Origin: Malacoraja senta
Lineage: Eukaryota
Length of the DNA stretch: 64,000 nucleotides
Assembly (NCBI GenBank): GCA_038087875.1
Contig: CM075992.1
Span: forward strand, 1,986,001-2,050,000
Direction: 5' to 3'
The position numbers and the translations under genes are program-made. Under the pieces are notes generated by a model. The model saw only the letters and a program-made list of their open reading frames with translations. It did no database searches and had not been told where the DNA came from. Within the stretch, counting starts at the first letter, position 1. Each line of letters opens with the position of its first letter. Below, piece by piece: positions 1-11,575 of this stretch.

Positions 1-99
1 ACTGTGTGCTTCTCCTTTCCAACCATTGTGGATGACCTCATATTTCTTTTCACATAATGCTCCATTTGCCATGACGTTTCCCATTCTTTTCATTTAGTT

Positions 100-765
100 T
101 TTTGTTTAGTTTATTGATACAGCGCGGAAACAGGCCTTTTGGCCCACCGAGTCCGCACCGGCCAGCGATCCCCGCACATTAACACTATCCTACACGCACT
201 CGGGACAATTTACATTTATTTCAAGCCAATTACAATAGACAATAGACAACAGATGCAGGAGCAGGCCATTTGGCCCTTCGAGCCAGCACCGCCATTCAAT
301 GTGATCATGGCTGATCATCCCCAATCAGTACCCCGTTCCTGCCTTCCCCCCATATCCCCTGACTCCGATATTTTTAAGAGCCCTATCTAGCTCTCTCTTG
401 AAAGCATCCAGAGAACCGGCCTCCACCGCCCTCTGAGGCAGAGAATTCCACAGCCTCACCACTCTCTGTGAGAAAAAGTGTTTCCTCGTCTCCGTTCTAA
501 ATGGCTTACTCCTTATTCTTAAACAGTGTGGCCCCTAGTTCTGGACTCCCCCAACATCCTGCCTCTAGCGTGTCCAAGTCCATAGCAATTAGCCTGCAAA
601 CCTGCACGTCTTTGGAGTGTGGGAGGAAACCGAAGATCTCGGCGAAAACCCACGCAGGTCACGGGGAGAACGTGCAGACTCCATACAGACAGCACCCGTG
701 GTCGGGATCGAACCCGGGTGTCTGGCGCTTCAAAGCAGTAGCTCTACTGCTGCACCACCGAGCCG
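100..765 (-). mobile_element. HE1-like V-SINE interrupted by a CR1 3' fragment (~232-580)
   Basis: SINE tail, core and head pieces flank a CR1 tail; CAATTA duplicated. Confidence 0.8.
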
Positions 766-1784
766 ACCTATATATCCGAGAAACCTCTCCGCATTTCTTC
801 ATAACTCATAGTGCCACGCAACTTTGTATTATCAGCAAGGACATCATTTTTTCTAAAACATACCTTATTCATAAAATATGCAAGCATGCGATCAGATCAC
901 GCCATGTTCTAGGCAATTCAATACAATCATTTCCAATATATCAATTTCATAATTCATTATTCTTAAACATCGCCTCAGTAAAGTGATGGAGAGGCTGTTA
1001 TGCGGGGCCCAGACTCTCATTGTCCAGTGGTCATTGTCGAGATTCATCCCATGCAGCGTTGAGGCACATTTGTCAGAAACCTAGACTGAGGTCCACCCCC
1101 GTAAAACAATGGCCGAGGCTGCACTGAACCACAGTGTGACTGGCCTTCAGCATGGATACAGTTGATTTCATGGAGTCATAGCGTGATACAGTGTGGAAAC
1201 AGGGATCCTAGATAGGGCTCTTAAAGATAGCGGAGTCAGGGGATATGGGGAGAAGGCAGGAATGGGGCACTGATTGGGGATGATCGGCCATGATCACATT
1301 GAATGGCGGTGCTGGCTCGAAGGGCCGAATGGCCTACTCCTGCACCTATTGTCTATTGTCTATTGATACTTGCCCACACCGGCCAACATGTCCCAGCTAC
1401 ACTAGTCCCACCTGCCTGCGTTTGGCCCATATCCCTCCATGGTTGCAAAGAGAATGGTTCCACTAGTGGGAGAGTCCAGGACCAGAGGTCTTAGCTTCAG
1501 GATAAAAGGATGTTCCTTTGGGAAGGAGATGTGGAAGAATTGTTTTAGTCAGACGGTGGTGAATCTGCGGAATCTATTGCCACAGAAGGCTGTGATGGTC
1601 ATGTCAATGGATATTTTGAAGGTGGAGATAGATAGATTCCTGATTAGTACGGGTGTTATGGGGGAGATCATCGCTCTTTATGCCCCATACCCTTCCTGTG
1701 GATTTGGCAGAGGGCTGAAAACAACACAAATCGACAAAGAAGATTCCTCACTCCAGATTTAACTGGGAGACGATCTGTTCCTGT

Positions 1785-2072
1785 TAGAGGTGTTGCTTTA
1801 CAGCGCCAGTGACTATGGTTCAATCCTGCCTGTGGGAGCATGCCTGTACAGCGTTTGTACCTTCTCCCCGTGACCTGCGTGGGTTTTCTCCGGGTGCTCC
1901 GCTTTCCTCCCCGACTTCAAAGATGCACAGGTTTGCAGATTAGGTAAAATTCGGTAAAATTGTAAATTGTCCCTGGTACATGTAGGATATGTGTGCGGGG
2001 ATCGCTGGTCAGTGCAGGCTCGATGGGCTGAAGGGCCTTTATCCGCGCTGTATTTCTAAACTAAACTAAACT
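1785..2072 (+). mobile_element. HE1-like V-SINE
   Basis: Core and (CTAAA)n tail. Confidence 0.8.
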
Positions 2073-2884
2073 AAATAAAATGGGATAAACTAAATAAAAT
2101 GGATGGCTGATGCTCGGCACATACTCGGTAAGCCAAAGGACCAGTTTTCATGCTGTAACACATTGTGACTATCGGCAAAGAAATACAATCCACTTGTAGA
2201 AACAAAGAACTGCAAATGCTGGGGAATGCGCAAAACTGCTGGAGTAAGTGGGTCAGGGAGCATTTCTGGAGAACATTGACAGGTGACGTTTCTGGTCGAG
2301 ACCCTTCTCCAGACCACAGCCCGAGAGTGAAACAAAGAGCCACAGTGCTCTCAGCACATACCCTCAGGATATAAAACGTGGGTAAAGAAAACATCTCTCA
2401 AGAACAAGCGGAGCACGTGATCTTAGCCAAGCCGCTGATGCCCTCATCCGTGTCATTGGTGTGGACGGTGAACAGCTGAGCTCCAGTACTGACCTCTGCT
2501 GCTCCCCTGGGTCACGGCCAAATCAAATCAAAAAAATAACACCGTTTTGCCTCTTCTCTGTTTTCTATTCATGAACCAACCCTCACATTTACGGGTCTGA
2601 AGAAGGGTCTCGACCCGAAATGTCGCCCATTCCTTCTCTCCAGGGATGCTGCCTGTCCCGCTGAGTTACTCCAGCATTTTGTGTCTATCTTCAGTTTAAA
2701 CCAGCATCTGCAGTTCCTTCTTGCACAGAGGTAGGGGGTTCAAAGCAGTTCTCAAGGACACTAGGCTGATATCATTCCACTGCCCTCAGGCCCAGAAATT
2801 GGATGTACCTACGCATGATTTCATGCGCAATAAAGATACTTTACGTATATCAGATTGTGATACACCAGTTTAGTGATACACCAC

Positions 2885-4365
2885 TGGGTGGCGCCAGCAA
2901 TGGCTGCCTCGCCAACAGTCTGTCAGTCCTTTCCTTCTTTGTGATTTAATTATATGTGTTGAATGTATGTTGTTCGTGTTCTTTAGCTTGTTTTATGCGG
3001 GGTGGGGGGGGGGGGAGTTGGGGCAAACTTTTTCTAATTTCTTACCTCGACGGAGATGTGATTTTTTTCCCCGTACCGTACCTCCGTCCGCACCGCGGCC
3101 TAACATCGAGGAGTTGGCGGCCTTTGCTGGAGACCGATTTTAACTCCACCGCGGTCGCCTGTGGGCTTACCATCGCGGAGCCCGTGATCCCTTTGCCAGG
3201 GATCGACCTCGGAGCTCCAACCGCGGGGGGTGCTTGCGGGCTTAACATCACGGAGCCCGAGGTCGCTGGTCAGAGACCGACTTCGGGAACTACAAGCCGC
3301 GGGAGTTTTGACCGCCCCGATGTGGGAGTTTCGACCACCCCGACGGGTGGTTCGATTTCCCTGACCGCGGGAGAGTAAAGAAGAAGAAGACTGGAAGGTA
3401 CACAAAAATGCTGGAGAAACTCAGCGGGTGCAGCAGCATCTATGGAGCGAAGGAGATAGGCAACGTTTCGGGCCGAAACCCTGAAGGAAATAGGCAACGT
3501 TTCGGGCCGAAACCCTGAAGGAAATAGGCAACGTTTCGGGACGAAACCCGGAAGGGTTTCGGGCCGAAACGTTGCCTATTTCCTTCGCTCCATAGATGCT
3601 GCTGCACCCGCTGAGTTTCTCCAGCAGGTACACAAAAATGCTGGAGAAACTCAGCGGGTGCAGCAGCATCTATGGAGCGAAGGAAATAGGTAACGTTTCG
3701 GGCCGAAACCCTTCCTCAGACTGATAGGGGGTGGGGAGAAGAAAGGGATAAAGGACAAAGGCGGAGGAGGAGCCCGAGGGCTGGGGGAGGGGAGGAGACA
3801 ACCAGAGGGCTGATGAAGGGGAGGGGACAGCAAGGGCTAGCAGAATTGGGAGAATTCAATGTTCAAGCCCCCAGGATGTAGACTGCCCAAGCGTAATATG
3901 AGGTGCATTTCCTCCAATTTACGGTGTTGCTCGCTGTGGCCATGGAGGAGACCCAGGACAGAGAGGTCAGATACGGAATGGGAGGGGGAGTTGAAGTGCT
4001 GAGCCACCGGGAGTTCAGGTTGGTTATTGCGGACCGACCGGAGGTGTTCGGCGAAACGATCGCCAAGCCTCCGCTTGGTCTCACCGATGTAGATCAGCTG
4101 GCATCTAGAGCAGCGAATGCAATAGATGAGGTTGGAGGAGATGCAGGTGAACCTCTGTCGCACCTGGGACAGAGAAGAAGACTGGACTTTTTTGCCTTCC
4201 ATCACAGTGAGGAATGTGGGGAATCTGCTGTGGTGGATGTTAATGTTCACTTTTATGTAGTTGTGTGTCTTGTAACTTTTTTTTAGCATGGCTGTATGGT
4301 AATTCGCAGATCACTCTACCTTAATTGGTACACGTGACAATAAAAGACCTTTGAAACCTTTGAAA
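2885..4365 (+). mobile_element. GC-rich non-autonomous retroelement with a Rex1-like 3' tail, interrupted by a Penelope insertion (3396-4172)
   Basis: The sequence is continuous across the 14-bp TSD. It has internal repeats GGGCTTA(C/A)CATC(G/A)CGGAGCCCG and the tail ggtacacgtgacaataaa(acctttgaa)2, and sits inside a SINE tail. Confidence 0.6.
3396..4172 (-). mobile_element. Penelope-like element, 5'-truncated: GIY-YIG endonuclease C-terminus plus composite inverted terminal repeat
   Basis: ORF 3837-4170 reads FTCISSNLIYCIRCSRCQLIYIGETKRRLGDRFAEH...HFN...H (GIY-YIG with CCHH). A 14-bp TSD AGAAGAAGACTGGA lies at 3382-3395 and 4173-4186. Confidence 0.9.
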
Positions 4366-4645
4366 CTGGCCCTTCGACCCACCGAGTCCACACTGACCAG
4401 CGATCCCCGCACACTAACACTATCCTACACACACTAGGGACAATTTACATTTATACCAAGCCAATTAGCCGACAAACCTGTACGTCTTTGGAGTGTGGGA
4501 GGTAGCCGAAGATCTCGGAGAAAACCCACACAGGTCACGGGGAGAACGTACAAACTCCGTACAGACAGCACCCATAGTCAGGATGGAACCCGGGTCTCTG
4601 GCGCTGTAAGGCAGCAACTCTACCGCTGCGCCACCATGCTGCCCA
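4362..4645 (-). mobile_element. HE1-like V-SINE
   Basis: Core and A/B boxes on the minus strand. Confidence 0.8.
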
Positions 4646-6017
4646 GTTACTCAACCATGTTGTGCCTGTCTCATTTCCATTACCCAGTTAACAAATGGGC
4701 ATCATATCTATATTTTCAGACTTATTGACAATCCAGAGGAATCCATATAATATTAACGTATCCCAGGGATGGTCACACTGACCTAGACAATGTTCTGGAC
4801 TGGTGCAGATCCAACTCCCACTTCCTTCACAAGATGGAAATCCCACGGCAACTGGGTCCCAGGGGGTCTGACATATTCAGAAACTCACTTTGTTGCCGCG
4901 GGGAGATCAGATTAGAGTCTAAAAAATCTCATCTCACCAGTGTCTTGCCGAGACTGTTGTGGCCAAAAGTTGGAAATCTAAACTAATTCCAAAGGTCACA
5001 ATGTTTTTTTAAATAGCCAAACATTCAGAAAGCTGTGGTTTAACAAACACTGTACTCCCTACTGGAGCAAATAATTACAAATACAGGAAATACAAAATAA
5101 AAACATTCTGAAAGCACTCAGCAGATCAAGTACTGTAAATCATTGTGGGAAGAAACCGAGTTTGAATCTTTCAATTCAAAGCAGCTTTAGCAGAGTTGGA
5201 AAAGTGGTCCCTATTAGACATAAATACGTCCAGTGTAATTGTATCCTTCCCCTGCTATCTTAAGCCTTCAACAGTATAAATTGCCTTTTCATTTTGACAT
5301 CCTGTAAATACCTCTAACTAGTGCCATTATAGAAACAATCAGATCGGACAGTTTCTCACTGGCAATTATGTCAGCACCTTGATAATTTAAGATGCTGCCT
5401 TGTTTTTCTGAACCATATTAATATTTCACATTGTGCTGTTTTCGTCGTTTCATACTGTATGTCGTAGGAGCCGAAGCAGGGCATTTGGCATATTGAGTCT
5501 GCTTCACCATTCAATCACGCATGATCTATCTTTCTCTCTCCCCCATTCTCCTGCCTTCTCCCCATAACCCCAGATACACGTTCTAATCAAGAACAAATGA
5601 AAGTCATAGATAGAATGGAAGGTAGACAAAAATGCTGGAGAAACTCAGCGGGTGCAGCAGCATCTATGGAGCGAAGGAAATAGGCAACGTTTCGGGCCGA
5701 AACCCTTCTTCAGACCTTATCATAGATAGAATGGATGTGGATAGGATGTTTCCACTGGTGGGAGAGCTTAGGACCAGAGGTCACAGCCTCAGAATTAAAG
5801 GGCGCTCTTTTGCAAAGGAGTGAGAAGGAACTTCTTTAGTCAGAGGGTGGTTAATCTGTGCAACTCATTGCCACAGAGGGCTGTGGAGGCCAAGGCAGTG
5901 GATATTTTTAAGGCAGAGCTAGACACATTCTTGATTAGACCGGGTGTCAAGGGTTACAGGGAGAAGGCAGGAGAATGAGATTAGGAAATCAGCCATGATT
6001 GAATGGCGGAGTAGACT

Positions 6018-6163
6018 TCTCCTTCTTCTTCTTCTTGCGTGTGGCGTGCACAGCCTAAAGTTGTAAGACAACGTGTTCTGTTTGATCTTCTGTTTGTGCA
6101 CGCCAGGTTGATTGCATTCGTCGATACAGGGTGGACCACGTGAAGGTTGCAATCTCCCACCCC
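6018..6163 (-). mobile_element. 146-bp non-autonomous retroposon: HDV-ribozyme head, 3' stem-loop, (GAA)n tail
   Basis: A 12-bp TSD GCGGAGTAGACT lies at 6006-6017 and 6164-6175 inside a CR1 3' UTR. There is an internal inverted repeat TGGCGTGCACA/TGTGCACGCCA and the tail AAGAAGAAGAAGAAGGAGA. Confidence 0.85.
6110..6163 (-). ncRNA. Minimal HDV-like (delta) self-cleaving ribozyme
   Basis: The minus strand reads GGGGUGG GA GAUUGCA ACC UUCACGU GGU CCACCCU GU AUCGA CGAA UGCAAUC. P1 is 7 bp with a G1-U wobble, P2 is a perfect 7 bp, P3 is 3 bp, L3 is UUCACGU, P1.1 is a single C-G, P4 is vestigial, and J4/2 is CGAA containing the catalytic C. Confidence 0.85.
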
Positions 6164-6389
6164 GCGGAGTAGACTCGATGGGCTGAATGGCTTAATTTTA
6201 CTCCTATAACTTGTGAACTTGTGAAGAATCTGTCAACTCCATTTTCAAATAAATATGCAGGGTCCATAGTTTAGTACTAATTCACAACATAAACGCCTCA
6301 CGTGTGTCCAATTATGTCACGTATGTCACTGGACACAAACCATCCTACAGCCTCTTCCCAAAACAATTCTGGAGTCCTTCACTGACCTT

Positions 6390-6702
6390 GTTTAGTTTAG
6401 TTCAGTTTCGAGATACAGCGTGGAAACAGGCCCTTCGGCCCACCGTGTCCGCACCGACCAACAGTCCCCACACACTAACACTATCCTACACGCATTAGGG
6501 ACAATTTACACAAACCCCAAGCCAATTAACCTACAAACCTGCACGTCTTTGGAGTGTGGGAGGAAACCGAAGATCTCGGGAGAAAACCCACGCAGGTCAC
6601 GGGGAGAATGTACAAACTCCGTACAGACAGCACCCGTAGTCGGGATCGAACCCGGGTCTCCTGCGCTGCAAGCATTGTAAGGCAGCACCACTGTGGCCAC
6701 CA
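6390..6702 (-). mobile_element. HE1-like V-SINE
   Basis: Core, tail and head on the minus strand. Confidence 0.8.
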
Positions 6703-7382
6703 TTTTTAATATATCATATGTAATGTACAGGCTATCTAACACAGTTCTTTGAATGTAAAATTTTCATAAGCAAGAACGAGGTTTACTAGAGAAAGTGGAA
6801 AGCTAACTGTTTTTAATTATTCATTTCTGATGCTTTTTAGAATTAAATTTTTAACGTATCTGCATATCTTCCAGTCGACCAGATTATTGTCCTAAATTTC
6901 ATTATGTCGTTTTATTTTCCTATCTCAAAAAAATCCTTATTATCTATTCTGGATTAGAGGGTATGAGCTACGAGGAGAGGTTAAGAAGGAACTGCAGATG
7001 CTGGAAAAATCGAAAGTAGACAGAAAATGCTGGAGAAACTCAGCGGGTGAGGCAGCATCTATGGAGAAAAGGAATCGGGTTGAGACCTTTCTTCAGACTG
7101 ATGTCGGGGGGGGCGGGGGGAAGAAAGGAAGTAGGAGGAAACAGTTGGTCTGTGGGAGAACTGAGAAGGGGGTGGGGAAGGAGGGAGAAGGAGGAGAGGT
7201 TGAACAAACTTGGGTCATTTTCCCTGGAGCATCAGAGGCTGAGGGGAGACCGGAGGGAAGTATATTACATTACAAGAGGCATAGATAGGACAGACAGTCA
7301 GAATATTTTTTTCGCCAGTGTGGAAATGTCAAAGACTAGGGGCATAGCTTTAAGGTGAGAGGAGATTTTTACAGAGTGTTGT

Positions 7383-7543
7383 CACGTGGCGGGGCTGGAA
7401 ACTGGACGTATCCCGAGCTAATTTTGCCACCACCATCGTCTATTGCGACAAGTGATGGCTCCCACTGATTGTCGCCAGAAGCTTGCGTCCTTTTCAGGAC
7501 GGACGATGACAGCGAGGTCAACATTTTGTAACAAGATGGACGC
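7383..7543. mobile_element. Unclassified 161-bp insertion with 9-bp TSD
   Basis: GAGTGTTGT at 7374-7382 and 7544-7552, interrupting an old CR1 fragment. Confidence 0.55.
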
Positions 7544-9295
7544 GAGTGTTGTGGGTACCTGGTGCATGTCGCCAGTGAGGAGATGGAAACAGTAGTGGTG
7601 TTAAAGAGGCTTTAGGATAAGCACATGGACATGCATGGAATGGATCATGAGCTGGGAGAGGAGATGAGTTTAACTTGGCACCATGTTTGGCATGGACATT
7701 GAGGGCCGAAGGGCCTGGTCCTGTGCTGTACTGTTCTATGTTTTAAGTTGTTAGTCGCACTGAAAATACTTTTTCTGGTCACTCTGAAGAACTTTATTAT
7801 CCAGTACAGTATTTTGTGAGCCGATGCACACTCTCTTTAACCAGGTTTGAAGTTATCTATAATGAACTTGTGCAGCCTCAAGGTCTGCACAAATTGCTTG
7901 CTTTGTGCATTATATATTCCCAGCGCTTGCTGTTACTTCGTGTTTTGGTCCCTTGCGCTTGCTGAACGCAGGCAATTCTGTGGCCAACATGATTCTGCCC
8001 ACTGATCAGGAACTATGCTAATGCTTTCTGCTATCATTTAAAACCACTGAGACCTGGTGTGCAGCCTGCCCCTCTGCCCCAGCTGTGGCTGAAAGATTTT
8101 TCTTAGTTCACAGTCCAGTTGGTCTATCTGCACACACCATACTCTTCTGATTTTCTGCTCAGGGTGCATTTCACAGGACAGGAGAAAAAAACCCAGAGGC
8201 TGGCAATGTTAAGCAGCTCCTGACTTGATTTCCTTATATCCGATCCAGCTGGTATGTTCCAATATGCATCAACGAACTGGCACTGTTACTTTCCACATTG
8301 GAGACTGTTGGGAGTCCCAAGACCTTATGAAATGGGGTGTTATTTGGGTTGGTGAGAAAGAGAGATATTAACAGCAGAGCAAGAAATGGGAAGAAAATGG
8401 AACAATTATGTAAACATACTTGGCTAATAAAGTATGATTATGATTTATGATGAATTACTGTACGCTGACTATCCAACTGACCCAACCATACGTGTAGGAA
8501 AGAACTGCAGATGCTGGTTTAAATCGAAGGTAGAAGCAAAAAGCTGGAGTAACTCAGCGGGACAGGTAGTATCTCTGGAGAGAAGGAATGGGTGACGTTT
8601 CCGGTCGAGACCATTTCTTCAGACCCGAAACGTCACCTACTCCATCTCACCAGAGATGCTACCTGTCCCGCTGAGTTACTCCAGGATTTTGTGTCTCACC
8701 ATATCTTGCTCATAACAAGATGCCGTCTGTAAGCTGTCACATTCCCCACCCTTGACTAGAAATCATCGTACCACAATCAGAGAGCAGTCACTGAATTATT
8801 ATCTACCTCATTGGTGACCCTCGGACTATCCTTGATCGGACTTTACCTTGCACTAAAAGTTCTTCCCTTATCATGTATCTGTACACCATAAATGGCTCGA
8901 TTGTAATCAATTATTGTCTCTCCTGGCAGGTTAGCACGCAACAAAAGCTTTTCACTGTACCTCGGTACACGTGACAGTAATCTGCACTGAACTCACTGTC
9001 CCTACCTGCGGCCAGACATCACTCCACACCTGTGACCATTCATTACTCTTCCCACCTAGCTTGGACACTCTTGACATCGCTTTTCCTCCAACTCCACATT
9101 ATTCCCCACTCCTGGGATCATTCAACGTGCTCCTCCGCCAACCCAATGGACATCTCTCCCTCTCCGCACCCTCCGCTCTCTCCAACTGGACATCGCCCTC
9201 TGCTACTTCCCTAACAGCGTGTGTCGTTCACTCAGTAACCTGGGTTGGGAATGTACAGTGTGAAGGAATCACCAACATCACCCAGTGATCAGTGG

Positions 9296-9829
9296 TACAT
9301 AGATACATAGAAAATAGGTGCAGGAGTAGGCCATTCGGCCCTTCGAGCCTGCACCGCCATTCAATATGATCATGGCTGATCATCCAACTCAGTATCCCGT
9401 ACCTGCCTTCTCTCCATACCCCCTGATCCCTTTAGCCACAAGGGCCACATCTAACTCCCTCTTAAATATAGCCAATGAACTGGCCTCAACTACCCTCTGT
9501 GGCAGAGAGTTCCAGAGATTCACCACTCTCTGTGTGAAAAAGTTTTTCCTCATCTCGGTCTTAAAGGATTTCCCCCTTATCCTTAAGCTGTGACCCCTTG
9601 TCCTGGACTTCCCCAACATCGGGAACAATCTTCCTGCATCTAGCCTGTCCAACCCCACAAGAATTTTGTACGTTTCTATAAGATCCCCTCTCAATCTCCT
9701 AAATTCTAGCGAGTATAAGCCAAGTCTATCCAGTCTTTCTTCATATGAAAGTCCTGACATCCCAGGAATCAGTCTGGTGAACCTTCTCTGCACTCCCTCT
9801 ATGGCTATAATGTCCTTCCTCAGATTTGG
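9296..9829 (-). mobile_element. Young CR1-type LINE 3' fragment
   Basis: QRRFTRLIPGMSGLSYEERLDRLGLYSLEFRRLRGDLIETYK...FFTQRVVNLWNSLP; (CTATGTAT)n-like tail. Confidence 0.9.
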
Positions 9830-10284
9830 TGTGTAGTGACCACTGGTTTAACATCAGAACTCCAATGGTTGGTCATATCCTACTGGTTGCCCAGTCCTAC
9901 ACATGAAAACGGGCAGATAGGGTGGAGCATGGATCAACAGGTGAAAGGATTTACTCGTTTCAGCTTCCATGGTGTGCTTGCATTTGAATGCTTGGCTTCT
10001 TACATGACGAGAGCTTGGCTCTGTGGTGTGTGAGCTCCCTTCCTTTGCTGCTTTAGTTTATGCATTGACTGGATGAGTCATCAGTGCCAGAGGAATGGTG
10101 GTGGAGAGGGAGGGGAGGCAGGGGAAATGCAAAAAGAAGGTGGGGAATCCGTGATCTTTAGTTCAGTTTAGAGATACAGCGCGGAAACAGGCCTTTCGTC
10201 CCACCGTGTCCACGCTGACCAACGAACCCCGCACTCTGACACTATCCTACACTACACACATGGGCCAATTTACAATTATACCAA

Positions 10285-10764
10285 AGGTAGACAAAAATGC
10301 TGGAGGAACTCAGCGGGTGCAGCAGCATCTATGGAGCGAAGGAAATAGGCAACGTTTCGGGCCGAAACCCTGAAGGAAATAGGCAACGTTTCGGGACGAA
10401 ACCCGGAAGGGTTTCGGGCCGAAACGTTGCCTATTTCCTTCGCTCCATAGATGCTGCTGCACCCGCTGAGTTTCTCCAGCAGGTACACAAAAATGCTGGA
10501 GAAACTCAGCGGGTGCAGCAGCATCTATGGAGCGAAGGAAATAGGCAACGTTTCGGGACAAAACCCTTCTTCAGACTGATAGGGGGGTGGGGGGAAGAAA
10601 GGAAAAAAGGAAAAAGGCGGAGGAGGAGCCCGAGGGCTGGGGGAGGGGAGGAGACAACCAGAGGGCTGATGAAGGGGAGGGGACAGCAAGGGCTAGCAGA
10701 ATTGGGAGAATTCAATGTTCAAGCCCCCAGGATGTAGACTGCCCAAGCGGAATATGAGGTGCAT
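10285..10764 (-). mobile_element. Penelope-like element 3' fragment inserted in a SINE
   Basis: GIY-YIG C-terminal end at 10695-10764, composite terminal module, flanked by TACCAA duplication. Confidence 0.85.
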
Positions 10765-11059
10765 TGTACCAAGCCAATTAGCCTACAAACTGAAGAAGGG
10801 TCTCAACCCAAAACGTCACCAATTCTTTCTCTCCAGAGATGCTGCCTGTCCCGCTGAGTTACTCCAGCATTTTGTGTCTATCTTCGGTTTAAACCAGCAT
10901 CTGCAGTTCCTTCCTAGACAGCCTACAAACCTGTACGTCTTTGGAGTGTGGGAGGAAACCAGAGATCCTGGAGAAAACCTACGCAGGTCACGGGGAGAAC
11001 GTACAAACTCTGTACAGACAGCACCCGTAGTCAGGGTTGAACCTGGGTCTCTGGCGCTG

Positions 11060-11575
11060 TAATAATAATAATAATAATAATAAATGTTATTCATGGGCGC
11101 CTTTCAAAAGTCTCAAGGACACCTTACAAAGTTTAACAAAGTGTAGAAACATGTAGCGGAATGAAATAAATAGCAAAGACATCACGAGTACACAAATTAA
11201 AGCCAGAATTCAATCCAAAAACAAAAATCAAAAAACACAATATGGAAGAGAGAGCAGCGGCTGCTAAAGCGCGCCAGCGTCCACTCTCCCCTCCGGCCGC
11301 CATCTTGGACACAAAATAAAATATCATTTACAGACAAAAAATCACCCCCCCCACAATGATTACCACTGTGGGGGGAGGCACAATGTCCAGTCCCCAACCC
11401 CAGTTCACCCAAAGTCAGGCCTATTCAGGCCTCCACAGTTGCCTCTACGGAGGCCCGATGTTCCTGGCCGTTCTCACCGGCCGTTGTTGCCCCGGGCGTC
11501 GGGAGAGTCCTCGCAGCGGCTGGGCCACCTGGAGCGGCCGATTTCCTACCGGAGTCCGTGGCACCTGAAGCCAAC
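11060..11575 (-). mobile_element. Non-autonomous retroelement with an L2-type 3' tail and (TTA)n, nested in a SINE head
   Basis: Minus-strand end TGTAAGGTGTCCTTGAG...GAAAGGCGCCC...(TTA)n; splits the SINE at ctggcgctgt|aaggcagc; CCAAGATGGCGG at 11297-11308. Confidence 0.65.

Noticed and set aside
3440..3580. CRISPR-like short repeats (GGCAACGTTTCGGGCCGAAACCC)
   Set aside because: No unique spacers, eukaryotic context; these are parts of the Penelope terminus
3837..4289. Stand-alone GIY-YIG nuclease gene
   Set aside because: The N-terminus derives from unrelated flank beyond the TSD; it is a truncated Penelope ORF
9366..9593. Recurrent 75-aa ORF MIMADHPTQ... as a multigene family
   Set aside because: Antisense frame of the young CR1 3' end
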